This document shows, piece by piece, positions 27,875-36,779 of a stretch of 64,000 bases of DNA. Origin of the DNA: an uncultured bacterium. Lineage in GTDB: Bacteria > Fidelibacterota > Marinisomatia > Marinisomatales > TCS55. The notes beneath the pieces are model-generated. The model was not told the DNA's origin. It ran no database searches and was given only the letters and a program-made list of their open reading frames with translations. Location of the stretch: NCBI GenBank assembly GCA_964442015.1, contig CAYTYA010000001.1, positions 520 through 64,519 on the forward strand, written 5' to 3'. How positions within the stretch are numbered: position 1 is the stretch's first letter; each line of letters opens with the position of its first letter. Made by a program: the position numbers and the translations under genes.

Positions 27875-29443
27875 CTACCCTTTACTTGGTATTTGATCAA
27901 GAATATATTCAGACATAGCTGTAATAGTTAAGCTTGGATTTACACCGAGATTTGCTGGCACAATAGAACCATCAGCTATATAAAGATTATCATATCCAAA
28001 AATCCGACCTTTATAATCTATTACACCATTATCAGAAGTGTCTGCCATAACACAGCCTCCCATAATATGTGCTGTTGTAGAGGTATTAAAAAAAATCTCT
28101 GTTATGCTCGTAGCAGGATCACCTCCTATCTTATCTGCCAATCTTCTTGTATACTCATTTGCTACAGGAATATATGCTGGTACCTTTTGATCTGTATCGC
28201 AATTAGAGTTCATTGACTTGCCACCTAATCTCCACCATCTACGTTTATAATCAAATCTCATGTAATTACTAATAGTCTGCATTACAAGAACATAAGTTGA
28301 TTTCTCAGACACACCAATTGGATTGATACTTCTTAAGAAAACAAAAGGGTTACGAATAATTTTCCATAACCATAAGATTGGTCTGGGAACATAATCATGC
28401 TTATCAACTAATAAAGTTGCTAATAAAGACATAGCACCCTGTCCCTTACCATATCGACAAGTTTCAATATGAGTATTTTTATCTGGGTAAATACCGGAAG
28501 TAATAGCTATACCTTTAGAAAAGTCAACGTCCTTCCCTCTTGAAACGACTCCCTGAATTGCCTCACTATTTGTTCGGATAAAGTTACCTAATTGGTGAGA
28601 AATTTTTGGTAAAGAACCTCTCAACTTACATTGGTGTAATAGTTTTACTGTACCCATGACACCTCCAGAAAAAAATACTCCTGATGTATTATATTGCTTT
28701 TTCCTTTTCAAAATACCAGTAATTTTTTTTACAGATATTATATATTGATTTGAGTCAATAGGCTTTACATCTATCACTTTCGTTTCAGGTATAATATCTA
28801 CTCCGAGTTTTTCTGCAAGATAAAGATAATTTAAATCTAATGTATTTTTTGCTCCATGCCTACAGCCTACCATGCAACCTCCACACAAAGTGCATCCTGT
28901 TCGATCTGGCCCATTTCCGTTAAAATATGGATCAGGCACTTTCTTTCCAGGTTCTCCAAAATATACACCAACATCGTTAACATGAAATGTATCACCTACA
29001 CCAGCATCTTCAGCGCATTCTTTAAGTAATTTATCTGCGTGTGTAACAACCTCACTCTTTGTTACACCCAACATTACTTTTGCTTTGTCATAATATGGTG
29101 CAAGTCTATCTTTCCATCCTGGTCCGCCCCATAATGGATTATCAAATGCTTCATCTGAAGGAACCAAGAGATTATTTGCATAGACTAAACTTCCTCCACC
29201 AACTCCAGCTCCATGTAGTATAAATACATCTTTTAGAAGTGTAAGTGCCTGGATACCATAAAACCCTATTTTTGGCATCCAGAAATATTTTCTAAAATTC
29301 CAATTAGTTTTAGGAAAATCCTTCGATCTATAACGTTTTCCTTGTTCAATTACAGCAACTTTATATCCTTTTTCAGCTAAACGCAAAGCTGCAACTGATC
29401 CTCCAAACCCTGAACCAATTATAATATAATCATAGTCTAGCAT
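27875..29443 (-). CDS. GMC family FAD-dependent oxidoreductase (cholesterol-oxidase-like)
   Basis: N-terminal FAD fold YDYIIIGSGFGGSVAALRLAEKGYKVAVIEQG, a Cys-rich CTLCGGCMVGCRHGAKN segment, and a C-terminal GMC motif region (YIADGSIVPANLGVNPSLTI). Confidence 0.8.
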   Translation of the reverse strand: MLDYDYIIIGSGFGGSVAALRLAEKGYKVAVIEQGKRYRSKDFPKTNWNFRKYFWMPKIGFYGIQALTLLKDVFILHGAGVGGGSLVYANNLLVPSDEAFDNPLWGGPGWKDRLAPYYDKAKVMLGVTKSEVVTHADKLLKECAEDAGVGDTFHVNDVGVYFGEPGKKVPDPYFNGNGPDRTGCTLCGGCMVGCRHGAKNTLDLNYLYLAEKLGVDIIPETKVIDVKPIDSNQYIISVKKITGILKRKKQYNTSGVFFSGGVMGTVKLLHQCKLRGSLPKISHQLGNFIRTNSEAIQGVVSRGKDVDFSKGIAITSGIYPDKNTHIETCRYGKGQGAMSLLATLLVDKHDYVPRPILWLWKIIRNPFVFLRSINPIGVSEKSTYVLVMQTISNYMRFDYKRRWWRLGGKSMNSNCDTDQKVPAYIPVANEYTRRLADKIGGDPATSITEIFFNTSTTAHIMGGCVMADTSDNGVIDYKGRIFGYDNLYIADGSIVPANLGVNPSLTITAMSEYILDQIPSKG

Positions 29444-29446
29444 TGA

Positions 29447-30163
29447 CTAATTATTACTTTTACTAAGAAACCATTTATATAATTCAGAATTATCATATGT
29501 TATCGTCCAAGAATCATGGTGTAGTTCAGGATATAGTGTATAACGAACTTCTCCACCTTTGTTTTTTAAAGACTTGATCATAATCTCAGACTCCTTAGGA
29601 AAATGCACTTCATCAAGAGCACCCTGAAATACCCAAAAAGGTAATTTAGTTAATCGAGAAGCGGTTGTTGGGTCACCTCCCCCACATATAGGTGCAGCTG
29701 CTGCAAAAAGATCTGGCCTATATGCGGCTATAGCCCATGTACCTCTTCCACCCATACTTAACCCCGTTACATATAATCTTGATTTATCTACACGAAAATT
29801 TTTAATAATCTTTAATAATAAAGATTCTAACGCTATTAACATTTCTTCATCCCGCCAAACAAAGTCAATCGGGCATTGTGGTGATATAGCAATAAATTGG
29901 AAATCTTTTTTTGAATTAACTATCTTGGGTATCCCATGTATTTTTACGAGTTCAAGATCATCACCACGCTCTCCCATACCATGGAGAAATAATATCGTTG
30001 GCCATTTTTTTTCTTTATCATTTTTATAATCTTCTGGCAAATAAAATAAATAATCTAAACTAATATTATTTTTTTCGATGATATCAGATTTTATCTTACG
30101 CTGTTGAGAATTTCCTGAAGCACAAAGCAATATAGATACAATTATAAATCGTAAAATAATCAT
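29447..30163 (-). CDS. secreted alpha/beta hydrolase (carboxylesterase/COG4099-like)
   Basis: 238 aa with a signal peptide, LFLHGMGERGDD, the nucleophile elbow GLSMGGRG and a C-terminal His (LHHDSW). Confidence 0.65.
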   Translation of the reverse strand: MIILRFIIVSILLCASGNSQQRKIKSDIIEKNNISLDYLFYLPEDYKNDKEKKWPTILFLHGMGERGDDLELVKIHGIPKIVNSKKDFQFIAISPQCPIDFVWRDEEMLIALESLLLKIIKNFRVDKSRLYVTGLSMGGRGTWAIAAYRPDLFAAAAPICGGGDPTTASRLTKLPFWVFQGALDEVHFPKESEIMIKSLKNKGGEVRYTLYPELHHDSWTITYDNSELYKWFLSKSNN

Positions 30164-30170
30164 CTCCGTC

Positions 30171-31244
30171 TCAAACCGCCCAATCCATTAATGGTGGTTG
30201 CATAAAATCTGAATGAACTTCAATAGTCTCATTTATTTTTATTGATGTATCGATCGCTTCCATAACTTCGATGACATGTGCAGCATGTTCTGCAGAAGCA
30301 CGGTGAGGTTTATTATTTAGAATCGCATCTGCAATTTCTTCTAATCCCCTTGCATACTCAGTACCATCGTACCCTTCTCTAATAGAAGGAATAACAGATA
30401 ACTCCTCACCAATTTCAATAAATTCTAAAGGAGAAGAAAAATCATGCCCGCTTCCTAAAAATAGCATACCATTATCTCCATGAATCTCAATGCCATGATC
30501 TTGTTTTGAATCATTTGCATAAAAATTACAAGTTAATCTTAATAATGCTCCATTATTCATTTCAAGTAGAGCAAGAATAAAATCCGGAGTGCTAACCTTA
30601 AATGATTTCCCATCTAATGTTCTACGTGTAGGCATAATTACCTTTCCAAATCCGGTAACACTTTTGATTGATCCCATAAGGGCAGTGCATATTGTTAACG
30701 CATAAATCCCTACATCCCATAAAACACCAACATCAAAAAAAGGCTTCGGATTTGGATGCCAATTTTCAATTCTATCATGGTTTATCTCTGCATATACTAG
30801 TCTTATCTTGCCTAGGAGACCATCAGTTATATATTTATAGGCCGTTTGTTGCATTTCACCCATGTACGTTATGGGGGCACTACTTAATCTAAGATTATTT
30901 TTTTCAGATAATCTAATGATCCTCTTAGCATCCTTATAATTCATTGCTAATGGTTTTTCAGTATAAACATGTTTACCTGAATTCAAAATCTTCTCAATAA
31001 CCTCTACATGCGCATGATGGATCGTTAGGTTAACTACCAAATCAATTTTTGGATCTGACAACATTTTATCCAAGTTTTCATAGACTTGACAGTTGTATAA
31101 ACTTGAAAAACTTTTAGCTCTATCAATATCAATATCCGTAAGTCCAATTAATTGTATATTATTATAATCACTAATTTGTTCTAAATATTTTTCAGCAATG
31201 TTTCCACATCCAACTATACCAATATTTATTTTTTTATTTTCCAT
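30171..31244 (-). CDS. Gfo/Idh/MocA family oxidoreductase
   Basis: N-terminal Rossmann fold INIGIVGCGNIAEKY, the EKPLA motif (YTEKPLAMN), and 357 aa length. Confidence 0.8.
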   Translation of the reverse strand: MENKKINIGIVGCGNIAEKYLEQISDYNNIQLIGLTDIDIDRAKSFSSLYNCQVYENLDKMLSDPKIDLVVNLTIHHAHVEVIEKILNSGKHVYTEKPLAMNYKDAKRIIRLSEKNNLRLSSAPITYMGEMQQTAYKYITDGLLGKIRLVYAEINHDRIENWHPNPKPFFDVGVLWDVGIYALTICTALMGSIKSVTGFGKVIMPTRRTLDGKSFKVSTPDFILALLEMNNGALLRLTCNFYANDSKQDHGIEIHGDNGMLFLGSGHDFSSPLEFIEIGEELSVIPSIREGYDGTEYARGLEEIADAILNNKPHRASAEHAAHVIEVMEAIDTSIKINETIEVHSDFMQPPLMDWAV

Positions 31245-31268
31245 TTATGTTTTAAATATTATTTAATA

Positions 31269-33062
31269 TTATAATTCGGAATCAAGTTTATTATACCAAT
31301 TTTTTTTCAGAAAGATTGTTGTTATGATAGCAATAATCAATGAAGAAAAGAAAGCAGAATATTTGTAAACAAGCAGATAAATAGGAATCAAAACCATACT
31401 AATCTGCCAAATCATTCCTATAATAATATTTAATATATCATTTAAAAAGTTCCTATTCGGCTCAATGGTGTTATCAGTTAAATTAATTTGTTTTAATATA
31501 GGTTTCCAAAAACCCCATGGTCTAACATTTTTATAAAATTCCATTAAAGTTTCATCATTATCAGGCTTAGTAAATAAGCTTCCTAAAACTCCAGAAAAAC
31601 CTGAAATTAATAAAATCAAAGGAAAAGCATTTAATGGGGATAGTTCAGGAAGTAGTATAGGTATAAGAAGAGCAGCAGTAACTCCAGAAACCATACCTGC
31701 AAAATAACCAAATCCATTAAATCTCCACCAATGCCATTTTAGAATATTTGGAGCTGTATACCCTCCAAATAAACCTGAAACTATCCATTGTGTTACACTA
31801 TTAACTGATTCGGACATGAAACCAAAAATTATTCCTATACCAACGATCAGGAATGAACTTATATAACTTGCTTTAATATAAATCTGTGAACTAGCATTAG
31901 GATTGATATAGCGTTTATATAAATCATTTACTAAATAGGCAGCTCCAGCATTTACTGTAGAATCGAATGTCGACATAAAGGCTGCCAACATTCCTGCAAG
32001 AACAAGCCCAACTAATCCAACGGGTAAAAACTCATTGATTACCCATGGTAATACTAATTCAAAATCTACATTATCACCCATCTTGATTAGGTCATTACTA
32101 AAAAAAACCAGCGCCAATGTTGTTACTCCTGCTATCATAAACCATCTTGGTATCTGACATATTGAAACGATACCACTCATTAAGCCTGCTTCTTTTGGTG
32201 TCTTTGATGCTAATATTCTTTGCATATCATATCCTGGGGTTGGTCCCGCAATACTTATTAACATACCTTTAAAAATCATCATCATAAAAAATATTGTAAA
32301 TAAATTCCATCCATCTGAAGTTATCTGACTATTTGCAGCAGGGATTAATTCGTTCCAGTTAAGATCTAATTCCCATCCAAAAGAAAGATCAAACCAACCT
32401 TCTGGTACAGATTGATAGAGCGTATCAGGAGATACTCTATTAAAAGCTATTATTCCAATTGCGATTGATACGATAGTTAATAATATAAATTGAATTAAAT
32501 CTGTAAATACAACACTATACATACCACCTATAACAACATAAATTGTAGTAATGCCCATAAAGATTAATGCATACACCTCAGGAGCAAAATTATATGGGAA
32601 AAAGACACTAGCAAACTTTCCAATTCCCTGAAAAGCATAGGCCAAAAAACCAATTACACTAATCATCGCAAATAATAATACACTAATTCTTGATAGCTCT
32701 GCTCCTTTTCCCTCCCCAAATCTAGTTGTTATCCATTCAGACCCGGTAACTACATTTGATCGACGTATCCATATGGAAAGATAAATCATGAGGAAAATTT
32801 GATTAAACGTTGGCCAAATCCATGGAATCCATGCCCCTTTTACACCGTATACTAAAAACATAAGTACTAGCCACATAGTGCCAGTGATATCGAACATTGA
32901 TGATGAATTTGAAATACCTAATATATACCAAGGAACTGATCTACCTGCTAAAAAATATGTATCTAGGTTTTGAGATGCACGTTTACTTATATAAATCCCA
33001 ACAATAACTACCGTTACAAGGTATAGAACTACGATTGATATATCTATGGGATGGATTGACAT
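31269..33062 (-). CDS. sodium:solute symporter family (SSF) transporter
   Basis: 597 aa with about 13-14 TM helices and an SSF-like N-terminus (YFLAGRSVPWYILGISNSSSMF). Confidence 0.75.
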   Translation of the reverse strand: MSIHPIDISIVVLYLVTVVIVGIYISKRASQNLDTYFLAGRSVPWYILGISNSSSMFDITGTMWLVLMFLVYGVKGAWIPWIWPTFNQIFLMIYLSIWIRRSNVVTGSEWITTRFGEGKGAELSRISVLLFAMISVIGFLAYAFQGIGKFASVFFPYNFAPEVYALIFMGITTIYVVIGGMYSVVFTDLIQFILLTIVSIAIGIIAFNRVSPDTLYQSVPEGWFDLSFGWELDLNWNELIPAANSQITSDGWNLFTIFFMMMIFKGMLISIAGPTPGYDMQRILASKTPKEAGLMSGIVSICQIPRWFMIAGVTTLALVFFSNDLIKMGDNVDFELVLPWVINEFLPVGLVGLVLAGMLAAFMSTFDSTVNAGAAYLVNDLYKRYINPNASSQIYIKASYISSFLIVGIGIIFGFMSESVNSVTQWIVSGLFGGYTAPNILKWHWWRFNGFGYFAGMVSGVTAALLIPILLPELSPLNAFPLILLISGFSGVLGSLFTKPDNDETLMEFYKNVRPWGFWKPILKQINLTDNTIEPNRNFLNDILNIIIGMIWQISMVLIPIYLLVYKYSAFFSSLIIAIITTIFLKKNWYNKLDSEL

Positions 33063-33209
33063 AATAAATAAAAATTAATAGTTCTATTAATAAAAAATTA
33101 TATTAGCAGTATCCTTAATTCTATCATGCAATTTATGACCATTTAATCAGAAATATTATTTAATATAATTATAGATTACAGTCATGTTTTTGATTAGAAA
33201 AAATTATAA

Positions 33210-34511
33210 ATGAAAAAGATATTTTTGTTAACAATTCTACTTTTGATAGGAGGTATCTTAGTGGTTAAAAATGATCATAAAGTAAATGACGGTTTTGTTT
33301 CAGTGGATGGAAAAAGATTTTTTCTAAATGATAAGCCTTATTATTTCTTGGGAACTAATCTCTGGTATGGAATGAATCTTGGTTCAAAAGGAGAAAGTGG
33401 TGATAGACAACGATTAATAAATGAGCTAGACTTCCTTAGTAATATTGGAGTAAAGAATTTACGATTAATGGCTAGTAGTGAAGGTCCTGATTCTGAAAAA
33501 TGGAGAATCGTTCCATCTCTTCAGTCTGCTCCAGGAAAATATAATACTGATCTATTAGATGGATTAGATTTTCTTTTATTTGAAATGGGAAAACGAGATA
33601 TGAAAGCAATTATGTGTTTGAATAATTTCTGGCATTGGTCAGGTGGAATGGGGCAATATGTATCATGGGAAAATAATACAACAATTCCTTACCCTCCTAT
33701 TGAGGGTGGAGGTGATTGGCAAAAATATCAGGAATATGCTTCTTCTTTTTACTCCAACAAAGGGGCCAAGGAGCATTATTATAATCATATACGTTTTATT
33801 GTATTAAGAGAAAATACATATACAGGAAAATTATATCGCGATGATCCAACAATTATGTCATGGCAACTAGGAAATGAACCTAGAGGAATCAATAATCGTG
33901 AAGATTTTTTAGATTGGATCGAATTTTCTGCACAATTGATAAAAGATATAGATCCTAATCATTTAGTGACAGTTGGCAGCGAAGGTTCTACTGCCCATCC
34001 ATCATCAGGAAATAATTTTGTTAAAGATCATGAAAGTGAATATATTGATTACACAACTATACATATATGGATACAAAACTGGGGGTGGTTTAACCCTACC
34101 GATGAACAATCTTTATCTACTTCAATAGATAGAGTACAGATTTACATTAATGAGCATGAGAAATTAGCTATAAAATTAAATAAGCCAGTAGTTTTAGAAG
34201 AGTTTGGGATTTCTAGAGATTATAATAATTATTCTTCAAATTCTTCTGTATCTCTTCGAGATAAATACTTTAATAAGGTTTTTGATATCATTTCCTTGAA
34301 AGTGAAAAATGGTTCTCCATTAGCAGGATCAAACTTTTGGGCATGGGGAGGATTTGGACGGCCAAGAAAACCTAAGTCAATATGGAAAAAACATGATCAA
34401 TTTATTGGTGATCCACCACATGAATTTCAAGGGTGGTATTCTATATATAATTCAGATTTATCAACAATAAAAATTATTAAAAACTTTGCTTCAAAGTTTA
34501 ATAATATGTAA
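33210..34511 (+). CDS. glycoside hydrolase family 5, beta-mannanase-like
   Basis: 433 aa with a signal/anchor segment. Acid/base motif WQLGNEPRG and nucleophile motif VVLEEFG, plus the FLGTNLWYG and NFWHWSGGMGQY blocks typical of GH5 mannanases. Confidence 0.7.
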   Translation: MKKIFLLTILLLIGGILVVKNDHKVNDGFVSVDGKRFFLNDKPYYFLGTNLWYGMNLGSKGESGDRQRLINELDFLSNIGVKNLRLMASSEGPDSEKWRIVPSLQSAPGKYNTDLLDGLDFLLFEMGKRDMKAIMCLNNFWHWSGGMGQYVSWENNTTIPYPPIEGGGDWQKYQEYASSFYSNKGAKEHYYNHIRFIVLRENTYTGKLYRDDPTIMSWQLGNEPRGINNREDFLDWIEFSAQLIKDIDPNHLVTVGSEGSTAHPSSGNNFVKDHESEYIDYTTIHIWIQNWGWFNPTDEQSLSTSIDRVQIYINEHEKLAIKLNKPVVLEEFGISRDYNNYSSNSSVSLRDKYFNKVFDIISLKVKNGSPLAGSNFWAWGGFGRPRKPKSIWKKHDQFIGDPPHEFQGWYSIYNSDLSTIKIIKNFASKFNNM

Positions 34512-34524
34512 AAACAGTTGAAAA

Positions 34525-34803
34525 TTATTTTATCTTTTTTACTTCATCATAGCTATATTTTTTAAAACCTAATTCATTTACAGTATCAATAGGTTGTAAA
34601 TTGATATTATAACCATCTACTTCATTTACTTCCATTATTCCATCTATATGCATTTTCTTATCTCTATATTCCTTTATTGAACGAGCTTTTGATTTTGCGC
34701 TTTTTACACTACTAGCAACTACAAAATAATTTGTGTGTGATTCATAGAATCCGGAAGAAATATTATCATCATAAAAACCAACATGAACTAAGTATAGCTT
34801 CAT
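34525..34803 (-). CDS. small hypothetical protein (possibly DUF1543-like)
   Basis: 92 aa. The N-terminus MKLYLVHVGFYD...HTNYFVVA loosely resembles DUF1543. The assignment is weak. Confidence 0.3.
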   Translation of the reverse strand: MKLYLVHVGFYDDNISSGFYESHTNYFVVASSVKSAKSKARSIKEYRDKKMHIDGIMEVNEVDGYNINLQPIDTVNELGFKKYSYDEVKKIK

Positions 34804-34829
34804 ATATTCCCCTTTTTTATTTAATTAAA

Positions 34830-35702
34830 CTAAACAATTTTTGAATCAGGCATCTTATTTACAATTCTATTCAATTTCAATACTGTTTTTTCAATAACAG
34901 ATTGATCCACGCCAGTATAAAACCCTCTTTCATCAATTAACTTTGCTAATTCTTCAGTAGGTATATTTCCCATAGATTTATGTAAAAAAGGACTGCCGCC
35001 CACTCCCCCTAATGAACTATCAAATTCTCTTATCCCCATTTCGATTGCACTATGAACATTTTCTTTCCAATCCTTTTGTGTCTGATGAAAATGCATAACC
35101 AAAGGTATATCTTCAATTATTGGTATTACTATACCTAAACACTCTTTAATAGTATCTGATGTCGCAACACCAGCAGTATCAGCCAAACATATTTTGTTAG
35201 GATCCATAGCAACAATCTTATGTATTTTATCAGATAATATTTGAAAATTTATAATATTATTTTTTTTCCCCCAGGCGCACTGCAATCCAATCCTTAGTTT
35301 AATATCGTACTTATGTGCTAAATCCGCAATATTACCTAATTCATTTAAAGATCTTTTACTATCCATCCCTGTGTTAGTTAACCCATATTCATCATCTAAT
35401 GAAATAGATGTTTCTAATTTTTTAAAACCACAATTTACAGCTCTATTTAAGCCTTTTACATTAAGGATAAATGCGCTGTAAGATATATTTTCTTCCTTGG
35501 GCGCAAAAAAATACAATTTTTCAGCATCTGCCATTTGTGGTAGTATCTTTTGGCTTACAAAAGAACAAAGTTGTATATGCTTTAATCCTGATAAAATTAA
35601 TCCATCAAGTAATTCTAATTTATTTTCAATACTATATAGTTTTTTTTGTTTCTGAAAAAATTCCCTCAAACACACTTCATTAATAATAATTTTATCTTGC
35701 AT
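34830..35702 (-). CDS. HMGL-like (DRE-TIM metallolyase) family protein, divergent
   Basis: 290 aa. HFHQTQ and SSLGGVGGSPF align with the HMG-CoA lyase motifs HFHDTxG and GGLGGCPY. The N-terminal EVCLREFFQ sits at the EVGPRDGLQ position. Substitutions at catalytic positions make the function uncertain. Confidence 0.55.
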   Translation of the reverse strand: MQDKIIINEVCLREFFQKQKKLYSIENKLELLDGLILSGLKHIQLCSFVSQKILPQMADAEKLYFFAPKEENISYSAFILNVKGLNRAVNCGFKKLETSISLDDEYGLTNTGMDSKRSLNELGNIADLAHKYDIKLRIGLQCAWGKKNNIINFQILSDKIHKIVAMDPNKICLADTAGVATSDTIKECLGIVIPIIEDIPLVMHFHQTQKDWKENVHSAIEMGIREFDSSLGGVGGSPFLHKSMGNIPTEELAKLIDERGFYTGVDQSVIEKTVLKLNRIVNKMPDSKIV

Positions 35703-35766
35703 AATAACAAGAGTTTATAAAAAATGAATCTTTTGATAAACAATAAATATATGTATATCTAATAGG

Positions 35767-35798
35767 AAGCCCTGCTTATTTTCATATAAACAGGGCTT
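35767..35798 (-). terminator. stem-loop immediately 3' of tRNA-Sec (possible bidirectional terminator)
   Basis: An 8-bp stem pairs aagccctg (35767-35774) with cagggctt (35791-35798) around a 16-nt loop. There is an A-run on one side and a T-run on the other. The U-tract on the minus strand is weak. Confidence 0.3.
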
Positions 35799-35803
35799 TT
35801 AAA

Positions 35804-35899
35804 TGGCGGGAACGCCTGGGAATCGAACCCAGCTCCCAATTAATAATCGGGACAACGGTTTTGAAGACCGTAGCGGGCACCAGCCTCGCAATCATTCCC
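35804..35899 (-). tRNA. selC: tRNA-Sec (anticodon UCA)
   Basis: The 96-nt minus-strand sequence is GGGAATGATTGCGAGGCTGGTGCCCGCTACGGTCTTCAAAACCGTTGTCCCGATTATTAATTGGGAGCTGGGTTCGATTCCCAGGCGTTCCCGCCA. Folded by eye:
- acceptor stem of 7 bp plus an A.G pair;
- 6-bp D-stem (one bulged A) with a 4-nt loop;
- anticodon stem ACGGT/ACCGT with loop CUUCAAA, giving anticodon UCA;
- long variable arm with stem TCCCGA/TTGGGA;
- T-arm CTGGG-TTCGATT-CCCAG;
- encoded CCA. Confidence 0.85.
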
Positions 35900-35906
35900 A
35901 AATAAT

Positions 35907-36779
35907 TTATTTTGGTCTATTTAGCACTCGATATTCAAGACCAAATTTCATCTTCACTCGCTCACCTTCTTTCTCAGCCTCATCAAAACTGTTAAATCTA
36001 ATAATACGGACTGCATGTAGTCGCCTACCAGCTGATGGTACTTCAACAATTTCTGCATTAAACCCGCCCTGAACAAGTAAGTTCTTTATCCTTTGTGCAT
36101 TTTGATATTTACTAAATGCACCTACTTGAGCAACATAGTCTTTACTTTTACTTGGACCCTTTTTTGGAATTTTTGGATTAGCTTTAGGTCCAGTCCATAT
36201 ATTCTTTCTATTTTTTAATTTAGCAGAAACTTTTGAGTCATCGAGTTTTACTAATTTTGCCTCTTTAGGAGGGTCAACTAATGAAGCTAAACCATATTTA
36301 TCAAAATCTAAACTAGGATGCAATAATCTTATTTGACGAATATAAAATGCAGCACTATCTCGATGCCCAACAGCAAAATAACTATTTACCATGAGGTCTG
36401 TTGCTCTTTGCGCATGATCGGTTGTCGAATATACTAGAGGTACTAAACGAAATTGTTTACTTGCTTGTGTATACAAACCTCTTGAAAAAAGATATTCTCC
36501 AATCTTCATTGCTACATCATCAGCAAATTTGTGATCTGGATAATTTTTTAGAATATCTCTATAAATAAGCAATGCTTTTTCCGCATCTTCAGTTACTATC
36601 GCTCTCAAATAATGAACGGATGGGTCATCTTTGTATAGAGCTTCTAATTCTGGTAATACAGAAATGACATCATTAATTCTTCCTTCATTTATAAGACCTA
36701 AATATTTATCTATATCCTGTGAAAAGAGAAGGACAGTATTAACAAAAAAATAAAATATTATAATTCTGATATTCTTCAC
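35907..36779 (-). CDS. TPR-like plus C-terminal SPOR domain protein
   Basis: 290 aa with a signal peptide, YbgF/TPR-like helical repeats and a C-terminal SPOR block (YVAQVGAFSKYQNAQRIKNLL...HAVRIIRFNSFDEAE). Confidence 0.6.
   Translation of the reverse strand: MKNIRIIIFYFFVNTVLLFSQDIDKYLGLINEGRINDVISVLPELEALYKDDPSVHYLRAIVTEDAEKALLIYRDILKNYPDHKFADDVAMKIGEYLFSRGLYTQASKQFRLVPLVYSTTDHAQRATDLMVNSYFAVGHRDSAAFYIRQIRLLHPSLDFDKYGLASLVDPPKEAKLVKLDDSKVSAKLKNRKNIWTGPKANPKIPKKGPSKSKDYVAQVGAFSKYQNAQRIKNLLVQGGFNAEIVEVPSAGRRLHAVRIIRFNSFDEAEKEGERVKMKFGLEYRVLNRPK

Noticed and set aside
35803-36072. 89-aa plus-strand ORF
   Set aside because: It reads straight through the tRNA-Sec gene on the opposite strand and through the 3' end of the SPOR/TPR gene. 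It is an artefact of the unusually GC-rich tRNA sequence lacking stops.
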